From an uncultured Fimbriimonadaceae bacterium (GTDB lineage: Bacteria; Armatimonadota; Fimbriimonadia; Fimbriimonadales; Fimbriimonadaceae), in the NCBI GenBank assembly GCA_964583465.1, contig CAZOVP010000005.1:165296-204795 (forward strand): a stretch of 39,500 nt of DNA, given 5' to 3'. Positions 8,995 through 17,700 of this stretch are shown in pieces (the stretch's first letter is position 1; every line of letters starts with the position of its first letter). A model generated the notes under the pieces. That model saw only the letters and a list, made by a program, of their open reading frames with translations. It had not been told where the DNA came from and searched no databases. The position numbers and the translations under genes are program-made.

Positions 8995-10347
8995 TCAGTG
9001 CAAACTTGGAAATGTATATGATTTCCGAACTTGCTGCAAGGGGTAGCCAGACTCGCTCGAATAACCTCTGCTGAATTTGTTAAGAAAGAAGTCGTATCTG
9101 CCAGGCTTTTTGAACCTAAATGTAACATCAAGGCTCTTTCCATCCGAGGCAAATACAGTCTTCTTTGTCACTTCATAAGTATCCGGTGTGATGACGAGTC
9201 CTCTCGATGTCTTCTGCATAGGGCGGTCAAACTCAAGGTGAATTGTAACCTGACCCTCCGAATCCGGCTTCGATGCAGTCAAAGATTTCAGCTTGGGACA
9301 TCGCTCCAAGATCAGTTTCGGATTCTTATAGAGCCTTTCGAGAACGGGTTGAAGCTTCGCGATACGTTCCGAAAGGGGCGCGTTAGAACCTGATTCAGCA
9401 ACCAGAGCGTCGGTTATGTCTGACTCCCATAAGAACCCTTGGCTGCGGTGTTCCAGCATATTTACCTCCACCAATTGGGGATAGTGAATCCTCAGAATGG
9501 CATTTTCCGCAGCTCTTGTAAAGGTTTCAAAGAGCATAACTTGAACGTCCCCATAAGCGTTGAGTGCCAAAGTGGATTTGGTTAACCTGAAGAGTGGCGC
9601 TCCCAACTTTATGAAATCCTTCCTTTGAGCAACAACGGGATTTACATATGCGTGACTGAATTCGTGAAGAATGAGCCCCAAATTGTCGTCACTGTAGACC
9701 GGAATCCCTTCGCTGTCAAACTCACCTGCTCCAAGCACAGGGGTCATATCTACCGTATCGTTCAAATGCCGAAAACTGACGCCGTAATTGGCCCCACCAG
9801 TGAGCAAGCCAACGATGACGTAAGAATCTTTGTTCGGCGCATTGCCATAGAAACCCTTCAGCCACTCTCCTACAGGCCGGCGACGTAGCAAGCTCTCCAT
9901 GCTCTGCGTGGCTTTACGATAGTATTCATCTTCCGACTTCAAAAAGCCTGCAAAGTTGGTGTCGCGAGCGAAATCTGCTAGGAGTGGCAAAAACTTCTCG
10001 ACGTCTTTCGGCTTCCAGGTTCGTTTCCAATCATCTGGATGGTTCCCGGGAATCAACTTTGGGTTCAAGGCATCAGTGATATGCACAGCCAGCCAAGGTA
10101 CAGAGTCAAATCCAATGCCAGACTCATCACGAAGCTTGCTCGCCATCTTGACCGCGGGGTGATCCTTGGCCGACCGGAAATAAGCGTCAACTCGATCGGA
10201 GTAAGGGCTCTTGCTTGAACTTTGGTTGAACTCCATCGCACCTTGCAATCGAAAAATACACGAAAGGAGTTCGACTCGCGGATCTATTCGAACCGAGATA
10301 GGTTGGGACAGTTGTAGCGCAATCGCTCCGATAGCCAGAGTCAACAT
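8995..10347 (-). CDS. Secreted HExxH-motif protein (putative zinc metallopeptidase-like; DUF4932-like)
   Basis: Signal-peptide-like N-terminus. HEFSH motif in LGLILHEFSHAYVNP with downstream Glu/Asp candidates. Confidence 0.45.
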   Translation of the reverse strand: MLTLAIGAIALQLSQPISVRIDPRVELLSCIFRLQGAMEFNQSSSKSPYSDRVDAYFRSAKDHPAVKMASKLRDESGIGFDSVPWLAVHITDALNPKLIPGNHPDDWKRTWKPKDVEKFLPLLADFARDTNFAGFLKSEDEYYRKATQSMESLLRRRPVGEWLKGFYGNAPNKDSYVIVGLLTGGANYGVSFRHLNDTVDMTPVLGAGEFDSEGIPVYSDDNLGLILHEFSHAYVNPVVAQRKDFIKLGAPLFRLTKSTLALNAYGDVQVMLFETFTRAAENAILRIHYPQLVEVNMLEHRSQGFLWESDITDALVAESGSNAPLSERIAKLQPVLERLYKNPKLILERCPKLKSLTASKPDSEGQVTIHLEFDRPMQKTSRGLVITPDTYEVTKKTVFASDGKSLDVTFRFKKPGRYDFFLNKFSRGYSSESGYPLQQVRKSYTFPSLH

Positions 10348-10374
10348 TCTTACAATGTACCAAATTTGGTACGA

Positions 10375-11049
10375 TTATGTCAACCGGAACAGCAATATTC
10401 GTGCTGAAGCCCCAACTATTGAGGGTGAGTAAGCATGGACTTCCCCGTCTGAGACATAAAAGGTTTCGCCCTCTTGGACTTCTAAGGACTCCGCCCCGAT
10501 TTTGACTTTGGCGAACCCACTCAACACATATCCGAATTCGGCACCTGGATGAGATCTAAGTTCGGTTGGGCTGTCAATCTCAACAATTCCACTAATGAAG
10601 CCAGCATTTGAAGGAATGTTTTGGAACATCATGAGATGGTTGGTTTCAGCCAAACCAGGCTCAGAGACCCTTCCTTCTATCGGGCCATTAACCAGCCCAT
10701 CCAGCTCATACCACTCATCATCCGCTTGTCGATGTACTTTCGAGAGAGCAACGATTTCTGGCTTGGCAAGCCTTTCGACATGGAGATTGAGCGCCCGGCA
10801 AACCTTCTCAAGGGTAACGGGCCGGCATCCTTTTCCTTGCTCCAATGTGACGATCGATGTTTTACTCACCATCGCCATTGCAGAAAGCTGTCGGATCGAT
10901 AGTCCACTGTTCTTTCGATGATCGCGAAGCCTTTGTCCCAATTGTTCGTGCGACACGCTCCCCAAAATCTCCTTCAGATAGCGTTCGGATTTCAATGGAT
11001 CGGGCGTAGGGCGCACAATCTCATTATGAACCTCACTCAAAGAGCACAC
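10375..11049 (-). CDS. XRE-family HTH plus cupin-domain transcriptional regulator
   Basis: HTH_3-like segment LRDHRKNSGLSIRQLSAMAMVSKTSIVTLEQGK, then a C-terminal cupin beta-barrel (GAEFGYVLSGFAKVKIG...GETFYVSDGEVHAY). Confidence 0.75.
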   Translation of the reverse strand: MCSLSEVHNEIVRPTPDPLKSERYLKEILGSVSHEQLGQRLRDHRKNSGLSIRQLSAMAMVSKTSIVTLEQGKGCRPVTLEKVCRALNLHVERLAKPEIVALSKVHRQADDEWYELDGLVNGPIEGRVSEPGLAETNHLMMFQNIPSNAGFISGIVEIDSPTELRSHPGAEFGYVLSGFAKVKIGAESLEVQEGETFYVSDGEVHAYSPSIVGASARILLFRLT

Positions 11050-11438
11050 TGCCCCGCATTGGTTTCAAGACGTGTGGTCGAATAGTCGTTTCCGTAGCGC
11101 GGTGAAGCTTCTCAAAGGGCAATCTTTGCTTGAAGTTTAAAAATCGTACCTAAGAATCTCCACCAGAATTCACACATTCGCCAAATCTTTTACGACGGCA
11201 ATAGCTCAGTGAGCACGCCATTCAAAACTGCAAACAGCTTGCTGTTTGGGCTCAATCTCCGCATAGGTTCCTACAGACATCGTCTTGCTTTGTTGTAGTC
11301 AATAATTCAAACAAACAAGTCGCTTAAGTTTGGAAAATTACTCGGTCAACCTAAATTCGATGAAGTGGAGATCTCGATGAAAGCCATCTTTGGGTCTGAA
11401 CATTTCGGGTGTAACTGCAAACATCAGACTGGTTCAAT

Positions 11439-12755
11439 TCAGGGCATTTTAAGATCAAATAATTGGATTCTTTCGAGGCCATCAAGATTTAGTTTTGAAT
11501 TTGAAAGCTCGTCAAGATGATCGCAAAGAACGGATTCACCATCGTTGGCATAAACATCTAAGGCGGTGGCATCAATAAAAATCTGGAGCGAAAATAGAGG
11601 TCTCCGAATCGCGACAGAGCGACGGTTTGTTTTGAGCACCTTCGTCATGGGATCATACTGAATGGTAAACCCAAAAAGTGAAAGGTTGAGAGGTTTGTTT
11701 GCTGGTACGTGGGCCAAAATTTCGCACGGGTTCTGCAAGGAATCCTTTGTTGTCGGTTGGCGCAAAGTTTGGAGCTCTTTAACCGGTCGTAATATCACAT
11801 TTTGATCTTTGGAGATGCTCATTTCGGAAGGCAAAATGAGATAGCCGTTCCAAGCTTTGTGGTTAGAAGTGTTGACCCAAGCAGAGTAAAGCGCTCTTCG
11901 ACCAGTATTCTGAAAAACCTGCGACGCATAAGAGCCTTCTGCAAGGAAACCGCGAGTTTTGTATTCAAACTTTTCGCCAACGATTTGACCTACAAAGGCT
12001 TCGACCCGGCCTCGAACCGAAACCAAAAGAACCCAGTCTCTTCCAATTTGGATAAGGTTTGGACATTCGATATTTCCGACATCACTGTCAGGATAAGTGA
12101 AAAACACGCCAGCTTGCTTCCAACTCAAAAGGCTATCGGTCTGAGCCTTGTAAAGTGCGACGATGCCACGTCCCATCCTCCCTCCCCCTGTAAGCAAATA
12201 GGCTGTGCCCTTGTACCAAAATCCAAATGGATCTCTCCATTCAGCAAAAGACTGATCGTTATCGTTTTGCGTGAGCATATGGGAATGCTTGCTCCATCGA
12301 ATCAGATCGTCAGATTCGGGAGTTGCTGCCCATTGTTCGGGCTCTCGCTTAGAGCTAATACTTGTGTAAAAGATAACAGGTGATCCAGATTTTGTCATCA
12401 TATTTGAACCTGAAAAGATATGATCTTCAACAAGCTCAGGGCTGGGATAAAGAGCAATTGGCAAATGTTCCCAATGAACCAAATCTAGACTGCGAGCATG
12501 CCCCCAATGCATGTGATTCCATTGCGAATCGAAAGGATTGTGTTGGTAGAACATGTGGTACCAACCCTTGAAAAAGATCGGCCCATTAGGGTCGTTCATC
12601 CACTGAGCTGCTGGCGTGAAATGGATCGAGGGTCGCGATAAATCTTCTCTGGCTTCTTTGGCTCGTGATTGGACAGCTCGATTCGCTTGCTCTTGGCTTT
12701 GATCCATGACATTCAGGCAAAAACTGAAGACAGCGATACCCAGCAGTGCTCCCAT
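11439..12755 (-). CDS. Glycoside hydrolase family 32 (beta-fructofuranosidase/levanase-like), membrane-anchored or secreted
   Basis: GH32 catalytic motifs WMNDPNG (nucleophile), FSGS, WRDP (RDP) and ECPNL (acid/base), with an N-terminal hydrophobic segment. Confidence 0.85.
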   Translation of the reverse strand: MGALLGIAVFSFCLNVMDQSQEQANRAVQSRAKEAREDLSRPSIHFTPAAQWMNDPNGPIFFKGWYHMFYQHNPFDSQWNHMHWGHARSLDLVHWEHLPIALYPSPELVEDHIFSGSNMMTKSGSPVIFYTSISSKREPEQWAATPESDDLIRWSKHSHMLTQNDNDQSFAEWRDPFGFWYKGTAYLLTGGGRMGRGIVALYKAQTDSLLSWKQAGVFFTYPDSDVGNIECPNLIQIGRDWVLLVSVRGRVEAFVGQIVGEKFEYKTRGFLAEGSYASQVFQNTGRRALYSAWVNTSNHKAWNGYLILPSEMSISKDQNVILRPVKELQTLRQPTTKDSLQNPCEILAHVPANKPLNLSLFGFTIQYDPMTKVLKTNRRSVAIRRPLFSLQIFIDATALDVYANDGESVLCDHLDELSNSKLNLDGLERIQLFDLKMP

Positions 12756-12781
12756 GATCGCCGGAGGTTACCTGGGCGAGC

Positions 12782-13963
12782 TCAACGATGACCGTTGATT
12801 ATGAGGTTTGCAAAGTTAAGGAGCCCACCAATTTTGCCTCGGTAGTTGGGGTTTTGGAGTGAGATATCGACTGAGGTGTTTTTGATTGCGTTGCTGATCC
12901 AACTTGACGCTCCAAGAGCAGTTGAATGGCGAAGAAGCTCCGCAACCGAACCAGCGACAAAGGGAGTTGCAAACGAAGTTCCGGACCAAACTCCTAGTCG
13001 CCCCGTCCAATCAGTGCTTCCGATTGTGACCGCGGGCGCACTAGCTAAGCAAGTTCCATCCCAGTTGCTAAATGAAGCTTTAGCGTTGTGATCATCAAGT
13101 CCGCCGACACAAATGGCGGCCCGAATTCGGGCTGGTGAGCACGAATCGTTGACCCCGTTGTTTCCAATTGCGGCAACGACAGTTGCATCATGTAAATCGG
13201 CCCAATCGAGCACATCTGTCATGCTAGGAATTCGAGTGAGCGTGCCCAAACTAATATTGATGACCTCAGCACCGTTGTTTATGGCGAAAACGATCCCTTT
13301 TATAAGCCTCCAAGTCGTTGCGAAACCGTCAGAATCGGCAACCCGAACTGGAATCAGAAGGCTCTGAGGGGAGATTTGATTGATGAGCCCAGCAACCATG
13401 GTGCCGTGACCCGTAAGATTATCGAATATTCCATCAAGGTTAGAATCGGTTTGATGTGGAATGTCCCAGGCCGGATAGTTGGCTTCAACATAGTTGGCAG
13501 TCGCGACGACTTTTCGCCAGAGCGGAAAAGCCTTTGGAGAAATGCCTGAATCGAGGATAGCCACTCTCACTTGGCGCCCTGGCTCGTTTGCAATCGCTGA
13601 TTGCCAATTGATCTGGTTCAATGCTTGGGTGTTGTAGGCCAATCCTGCATCTCGGCCTCCAACAGCTGGGAGTGTCGAACCTTTTTGGCCTTCCGGGGTG
13701 CCGAGGTCAATGTTGTCCTCTGTCCAAATGACTAACGGGCTGGAAGCCATATTGGCTCGAATTCGAATCGCCCTGGCTTCGGATCCGAAATCAAACAGAA
13801 CAAATGGGGAGTTTTGTGCTGCATCCAGAAAAACGACATCGAACGAGTGAACGACATCGCTCGGTGCTACTCCATCGGCCAGACGACACAGGATCTTAGT
13901 TTGAGCGAAACAAGACAGGCTTAATAATGAGAAAGTGATTGAAGCAAAAAATTTCGATTTCAT
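12782..13963 (-). CDS. Secreted subtilisin-like serine peptidase (S8 family)
   Basis: Catalytic triad contexts VAILDSGI (Asp), HGTMVAG (His) and GTSFATPFVAG (Ser). Signal peptide MKSKFFASITFSLLSLSCFAQ, and that start ATG overlaps the CHAT gene stop as ATGA (13960..13963). The track ORF extends to 14029. Confidence 0.85.
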   Translation of the reverse strand: MKSKFFASITFSLLSLSCFAQTKILCRLADGVAPSDVVHSFDVVFLDAAQNSPFVLFDFGSEARAIRIRANMASSPLVIWTEDNIDLGTPEGQKGSTLPAVGGRDAGLAYNTQALNQINWQSAIANEPGRQVRVAILDSGISPKAFPLWRKVVATANYVEANYPAWDIPHQTDSNLDGIFDNLTGHGTMVAGLINQISPQSLLIPVRVADSDGFATTWRLIKGIVFAINNGAEVINISLGTLTRIPSMTDVLDWADLHDATVVAAIGNNGVNDSCSPARIRAAICVGGLDDHNAKASFSNWDGTCLASAPAVTIGSTDWTGRLGVWSGTSFATPFVAGSVAELLRHSTALGASSWISNAIKNTSVDISLQNPNYRGKIGGLLNFANLIINGHR

Positions 13964-16551
13964 TTCGAGAATCCAGAGTAGTGAACGAACGAACCCCAAT
14001 AATAAGGATGATCGTTTTCGTCGCGACAAATACGTTGTCCTGTCAAAAACGCTTCAGAAACCGTATTTTTCTCAGCGAGAGTCTTGTAAAAGGCCCCATA
14101 CATGAGCGGCGCCACAGAATCATCGAGTTCCCAGAGACTAGCAAGCACATTTTTTGTGCCACATGAAATAAAAGCACGTGAAAGACCATTTGGTTCCCAA
14201 TTGATCTCCGAAGACAGCAATCCCGTATCGCACGCGCTAAGAGTGGCAAGGTCAGTTTTCAACCCACTTTTCGAGATTTCGAATGCAAAAAGTGGCCCAT
14301 CCACTAATTGAATCGAGGACAACATCGGGTTAGATTTTTTGTGCTGAGCATGTCCGAGAACATGAACCGCTGAAAAGCTTGAATCAGCAAGATTTCGAAA
14401 TTCACTTTTTGTTTGAATGATTGTTGATTCTTGAAAATATCCGGAAATTTGATCGATTTCTTTTTGGGTGTGTTGGAGCCCCTCGGTGTTGCCAAGAATG
14501 ATGAGACATCGATCTAAGTGCAGAGGTTCAGTTTTGCTATCGAAACTTGGGTGCATTGCAATTCTCCAGCATCGCTCGTCGCCGCTCGCCCTTGCCAAAG
14601 CGTTCCAGGGCAAACTCCAACCCACCGAGTCCGGACAGATCACGGTGCTTTGTGATTGCCAAAGAAAGGCAAATGGCTCGGAAATTTGATTCATTAATCG
14701 TTGTACTTGAAACTTTGACTGGGTTCCCTTTATCGGAGCTGCACTCAGTTCAAAACTCAGCCACTTTAATAATCGCATGAGCTCATTAGTTTTCATAGAA
14801 AGGGTTTTGCAACGATCATTTGTAATGACTCTCAAAAGATCCTTGCCAGCCCAAAAGATATGGCAATCACTCGATCGTGCCTCTAATTTTTTGACGCTGA
14901 GATTCAGGTCAAAATGAAGATCAGCCAGCCGGAACGATGTTGGCGCATCTAGGGCTTCTTGTTGAAAATCTATTCGACGAGACCCGCGTGGAAAATCGTT
15001 ATGATTGTGACTCGCAAGATCTGCAACTTGCTGAATCTTTGCTTGTGTCAATGATGACAACAATTTCCTATCCAATAATTCGGTTAGAAGCAGAGTCGAC
15101 CGGAGCTGCTCGATGACTTCACGAGCTTCTTTTATTCTTTTGGGTGTTCTTGAATCAAAAAGGTATTCCAAATAGTGGCTAATTCCTTCTGATTTGTCCT
15201 GAAGGCTGTAGCTTAACCCCGTTTCAGTGCCCTTTGATGCTCGATCAATGAGAATGAGTTGCATCATTTTTCGATAATGCTTTATAGGCTTAAGTGAATA
15301 TTTTGCAGCAAGAAATTCACATTTCCAAGCGAGTCCAACGAAACCATACTTTTTGATGAGTCTTGAGGCAATGGTGAGGCTTTCGGGTTCAATTTCGGCC
15401 AAAGCAAGTGCTACTAAGGCTGAAAAGTAAGGGCTCGATTTGGCAAGTGTTCTGGCATCTTCCAGCCTTTTGCGTCCACGCTTTTTTCTTCCTTCAGCGA
15501 TGTCAATTTTTGCCTGCTCTAGCATCGTCAGGCTGAGCCAAGTTTGATTTTTCAACTTGCGGTAGATCGAAGCTGCAATTTTTAAAGATTTTTGAGCCAA
15601 ATCTTGCTGATCTAGCCTGGCTTGACACTGTCCGAGGCCGAGCCATAAGTGAGCCTGGTGAAGCGGAATTGTTTGCAGCCCTTCCGCGATAGTTGACTGG
15701 TATTGAATCGAGGCTTCACGAAATAGATTGAGCTGAAAATAGGTATCGGCCAGGTACTCGCAAACCCGTGCTTTGTCCACAGAAGAATTTTCAAATTTTA
15801 AGGCAAGATTTTGAAATCGTTGCAATGCTAACTCGCATTGATTCATGCAATTGTTTGCTAGCCCGAGATTGATTTCTGCAAGATTGGCTAGGTATTTGGC
15901 ATCCAAATCATTTGCCAGTGATATTGCTTCCTGGGCATATTCTAAAGCCCTTTTGGGATCGCCACCAAAAATGTGAGTTGAAGAAAGTGCCGTCAAAGCC
16001 GAGGCATATTCAAGTTGAAAGTGAGAAGACTTCAGGTGAGCCACGGCCATTCCGAGCACCTTCCGCGCGCGAAATGAATCATCTCGATAGACATAGGCAT
16101 TCCCCAGATTCAGCCAAACGCGGCCAGCCGATCCAGGTTCGTGCAGTTCTAAGAGTTGAGATGAGAGTTTTTCTGCCAGATTGTCGGCCTCATCCATTAA
16201 CCCTTGTCTGGCAAGGCTATCGACCGCACCAATTGAAAAGGAAGCCTTTTGGTGTGGATCTGTTGCGAGTTCTCCGCTTTTCAAAAAAGCATGGGCGCTC
16301 GATTTCCATTGGCCCTGAAGTCGTAAATAAATTCCACCTGCTCGATATGCCCAGTGGCGATCATCGCAAGCCCTGAGAACAGTTCTCCAATGTTGCCCGA
16401 GTGCGCTTAGCTTTTCGTTATCTGCCCCGTAAAAGGACAAGACTCTTAGACAAAATGCTTCTCCAAGTCCTTCAATCTTTCCACTCAATTCAATTGACGA
16501 ACCAGACTCAAGGCGATCAAGAATCTCCGCTTTCGTCATACATGACCTCAA
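13960..16551 (-). CDS. TPR-repeat protein with C-terminal CHAT (caspase-like) protease domain
   Basis: N-terminal two-thirds are TPR-like helical repeats. C-terminus has the CHAT His/Cys dyad context (VHVLGHAQH ... LATLSACDTGL) and the characteristic end motif PYYWGSFVHYSG. No signal peptide. Confidence 0.85.
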   Translation of the reverse strand: MRSCMTKAEILDRLESGSSIELSGKIEGLGEAFCLRVLSFYGADNEKLSALGQHWRTVLRACDDRHWAYRAGGIYLRLQGQWKSSAHAFLKSGELATDPHQKASFSIGAVDSLARQGLMDEADNLAEKLSSQLLELHEPGSAGRVWLNLGNAYVYRDDSFRARKVLGMAVAHLKSSHFQLEYASALTALSSTHIFGGDPKRALEYAQEAISLANDLDAKYLANLAEINLGLANNCMNQCELALQRFQNLALKFENSSVDKARVCEYLADTYFQLNLFREASIQYQSTIAEGLQTIPLHQAHLWLGLGQCQARLDQQDLAQKSLKIAASIYRKLKNQTWLSLTMLEQAKIDIAEGRKKRGRKRLEDARTLAKSSPYFSALVALALAEIEPESLTIASRLIKKYGFVGLAWKCEFLAAKYSLKPIKHYRKMMQLILIDRASKGTETGLSYSLQDKSEGISHYLEYLFDSRTPKRIKEAREVIEQLRSTLLLTELLDRKLLSSLTQAKIQQVADLASHNHNDFPRGSRRIDFQQEALDAPTSFRLADLHFDLNLSVKKLEARSSDCHIFWAGKDLLRVITNDRCKTLSMKTNELMRLLKWLSFELSAAPIKGTQSKFQVQRLMNQISEPFAFLWQSQSTVICPDSVGWSLPWNALARASGDERCWRIAMHPSFDSKTEPLHLDRCLIILGNTEGLQHTQKEIDQISGYFQESTIIQTKSEFRNLADSSFSAVHVLGHAQHKKSNPMLSSIQLVDGPLFAFEISKSGLKTDLATLSACDTGLLSSEINWEPNGLSRAFISCGTKNVLASLWELDDSVAPLMYGAFYKTLAEKNTVSEAFLTGQRICRDENDHPYYWGSFVHYSGFSK

Positions 16552-17065
16552 TTGCAGGCATCAGATAAGCCCGGCCATCGCCTTCAAACAAAAGCTCGCT
16601 TTCAGAAAGATCTTTCGCGACAAAATGAAAATACTTGTCATCTGTCAGAGCAATCTCTTGGCTCTGGTGGGATACCTTGGACACAAATTCTGGAGCTCGA
16701 CCGGTGATGTCGAATCCTTGCGACAGGGGCTGAACTAAGATTCGAATTTCAAATCCTTCTTCTTCATATAGACACTGAAAATCTTGAGCTTGCCGACGTG
16801 CTCCTTGTCCCATCCAAACAAATCTCGCAAGTTTCAGTGTTCTTGGTGCAAATTCAGCGATAGCTTTGGCCCGAGCAACAGATTCGGCGGGCGGTGTATA
16901 CATTTTGACTTGGGCCGAGAGAAAAACGAGGGACAAAAATTTCAAAGACTCTTGACAATAAGAGCAATTTGCAATATGGCTCTTGGGGTCTGGCTGACCA
17001 TTTGTTTCAGCGAGGTCGACAAGTTCGACCCAAAATTTCTCACACCCGTTTTTCATCGATTTCAT
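16517..17065 (-). CDS. Soluble zinc-finger (ZAS) anti-sigma factor, RsrA-like, with extra C-terminal domain
   Basis: HxxxCxxC motif (HIANCSYCQE, H30/C34/C37) plus an upstream Cys8, mirroring the RsrA ligand pattern. No transmembrane helix. Lies directly after the ECF sigma gene, and its 3' end overlaps the CHAT gene start. Confidence 0.6.
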   Translation of the reverse strand: MKSMKNGCEKFWVELVDLAETNGQPDPKSHIANCSYCQESLKFLSLVFLSAQVKMYTPPAESVARAKAIAEFAPRTLKLARFVWMGQGARRQAQDFQCLYEEEGFEIRILVQPLSQGFDITGRAPEFVSKVSHQSQEIALTDDKYFHFVAKDLSESELLFEGDGRAYLMPAIEVMYDESGDS

Positions 17066-17106
17066 ACTAAAAATGCACTAAACATGAACAAAAATACATT
17101 CGCGTT

Positions 17107-17673
17107 TCAAAAATAATCAGATTCCTCTAAGAGAAGTTTGAGTTTGGCAAGGCATCTTGCTCTTGTCGGGCCCAATGCTCCTAGTGGAATATTGAGTTTT
17201 TGGCTCGCCGATTCATAGTTGGAGCCCTCCTGAAAATAAAGCTCCAGAAGTAGCGGAGTGCAGCGCCCGCCCAGGGATTCCACTGCGCTCCGTAAGACTC
17301 TGGCTCGTTCGGCTTCTATGGCGGATTCCTCAGCGGAGCTTTCTTCGTCGGCGATGAGGAGCACGAGATCTTCTTCGATAACGGGTCGAAGTTTCTTCAG
17401 CCTCGCAACTCTTAGACTCGTGCGAGCAGCGGTCACGGCAAGCCATTTTGGGATCACGAGCCCAGACTCAATGCGATTTCGACTGCTAAAGAGAGCCTGA
17501 AAAGTCTCAATCATGACGTCTGAAGAATCATCATCATCGAGTCCATATCGGCGGGCAATGGAAAAAATATAACCAGAAAACGATTCGACAAGCTCACTCC
17601 ACGCTCTCGAATCGTTCTTTTGAATCTTCGTCAAGAGTTGTTTGAGATCAGTAGTTTTAGATCCTCGCAACAT
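17107..17673 (-). CDS. ECF-type RNA polymerase sigma-70 family factor
   Basis: Region 2 (YIFSIARRYGLDDDDSSDVMIETFQALF) and region 4 HTH (SASQKLNIPLGALGPTRARCLAKLK). About 188 aa, typical of ECF sigma factors. Confidence 0.8.
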   Translation of the reverse strand: MLRGSKTTDLKQLLTKIQKNDSRAWSELVESFSGYIFSIARRYGLDDDDSSDVMIETFQALFSSRNRIESGLVIPKWLAVTAARTSLRVARLKKLRPVIEEDLVLLIADEESSAEESAIEAERARVLRSAVESLGGRCTPLLLELYFQEGSNYESASQKLNIPLGALGPTRARCLAKLKLLLEESDYF

Positions 17674-17700
17674 CTTAATTCAAAAGTTTACTCGTAGAGC

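Noticed and set aside
8916-9152. 78-aa ORF overlapping the 3' end of the HExxH protein gene
   Set aside because: Same-strand, out-of-frame overlap with a much longer ORF. No motif.
11232-11247. Inverted repeat AAACAGCttGCTGTTT about 190 nt downstream of the GH32 stop as a terminator
   Set aside because: It is far from the stop, has a tiny loop and only a weak T-tract (CAGTTTT). Plausible but not supportable.
15912-16376. 154-aa plus-strand ORF rich in Arg/Pro/His inside the CHAT gene
   Set aside because: Antisense shadow ORF within a well-supported TPR-CHAT coding region, with low-complexity basic composition.
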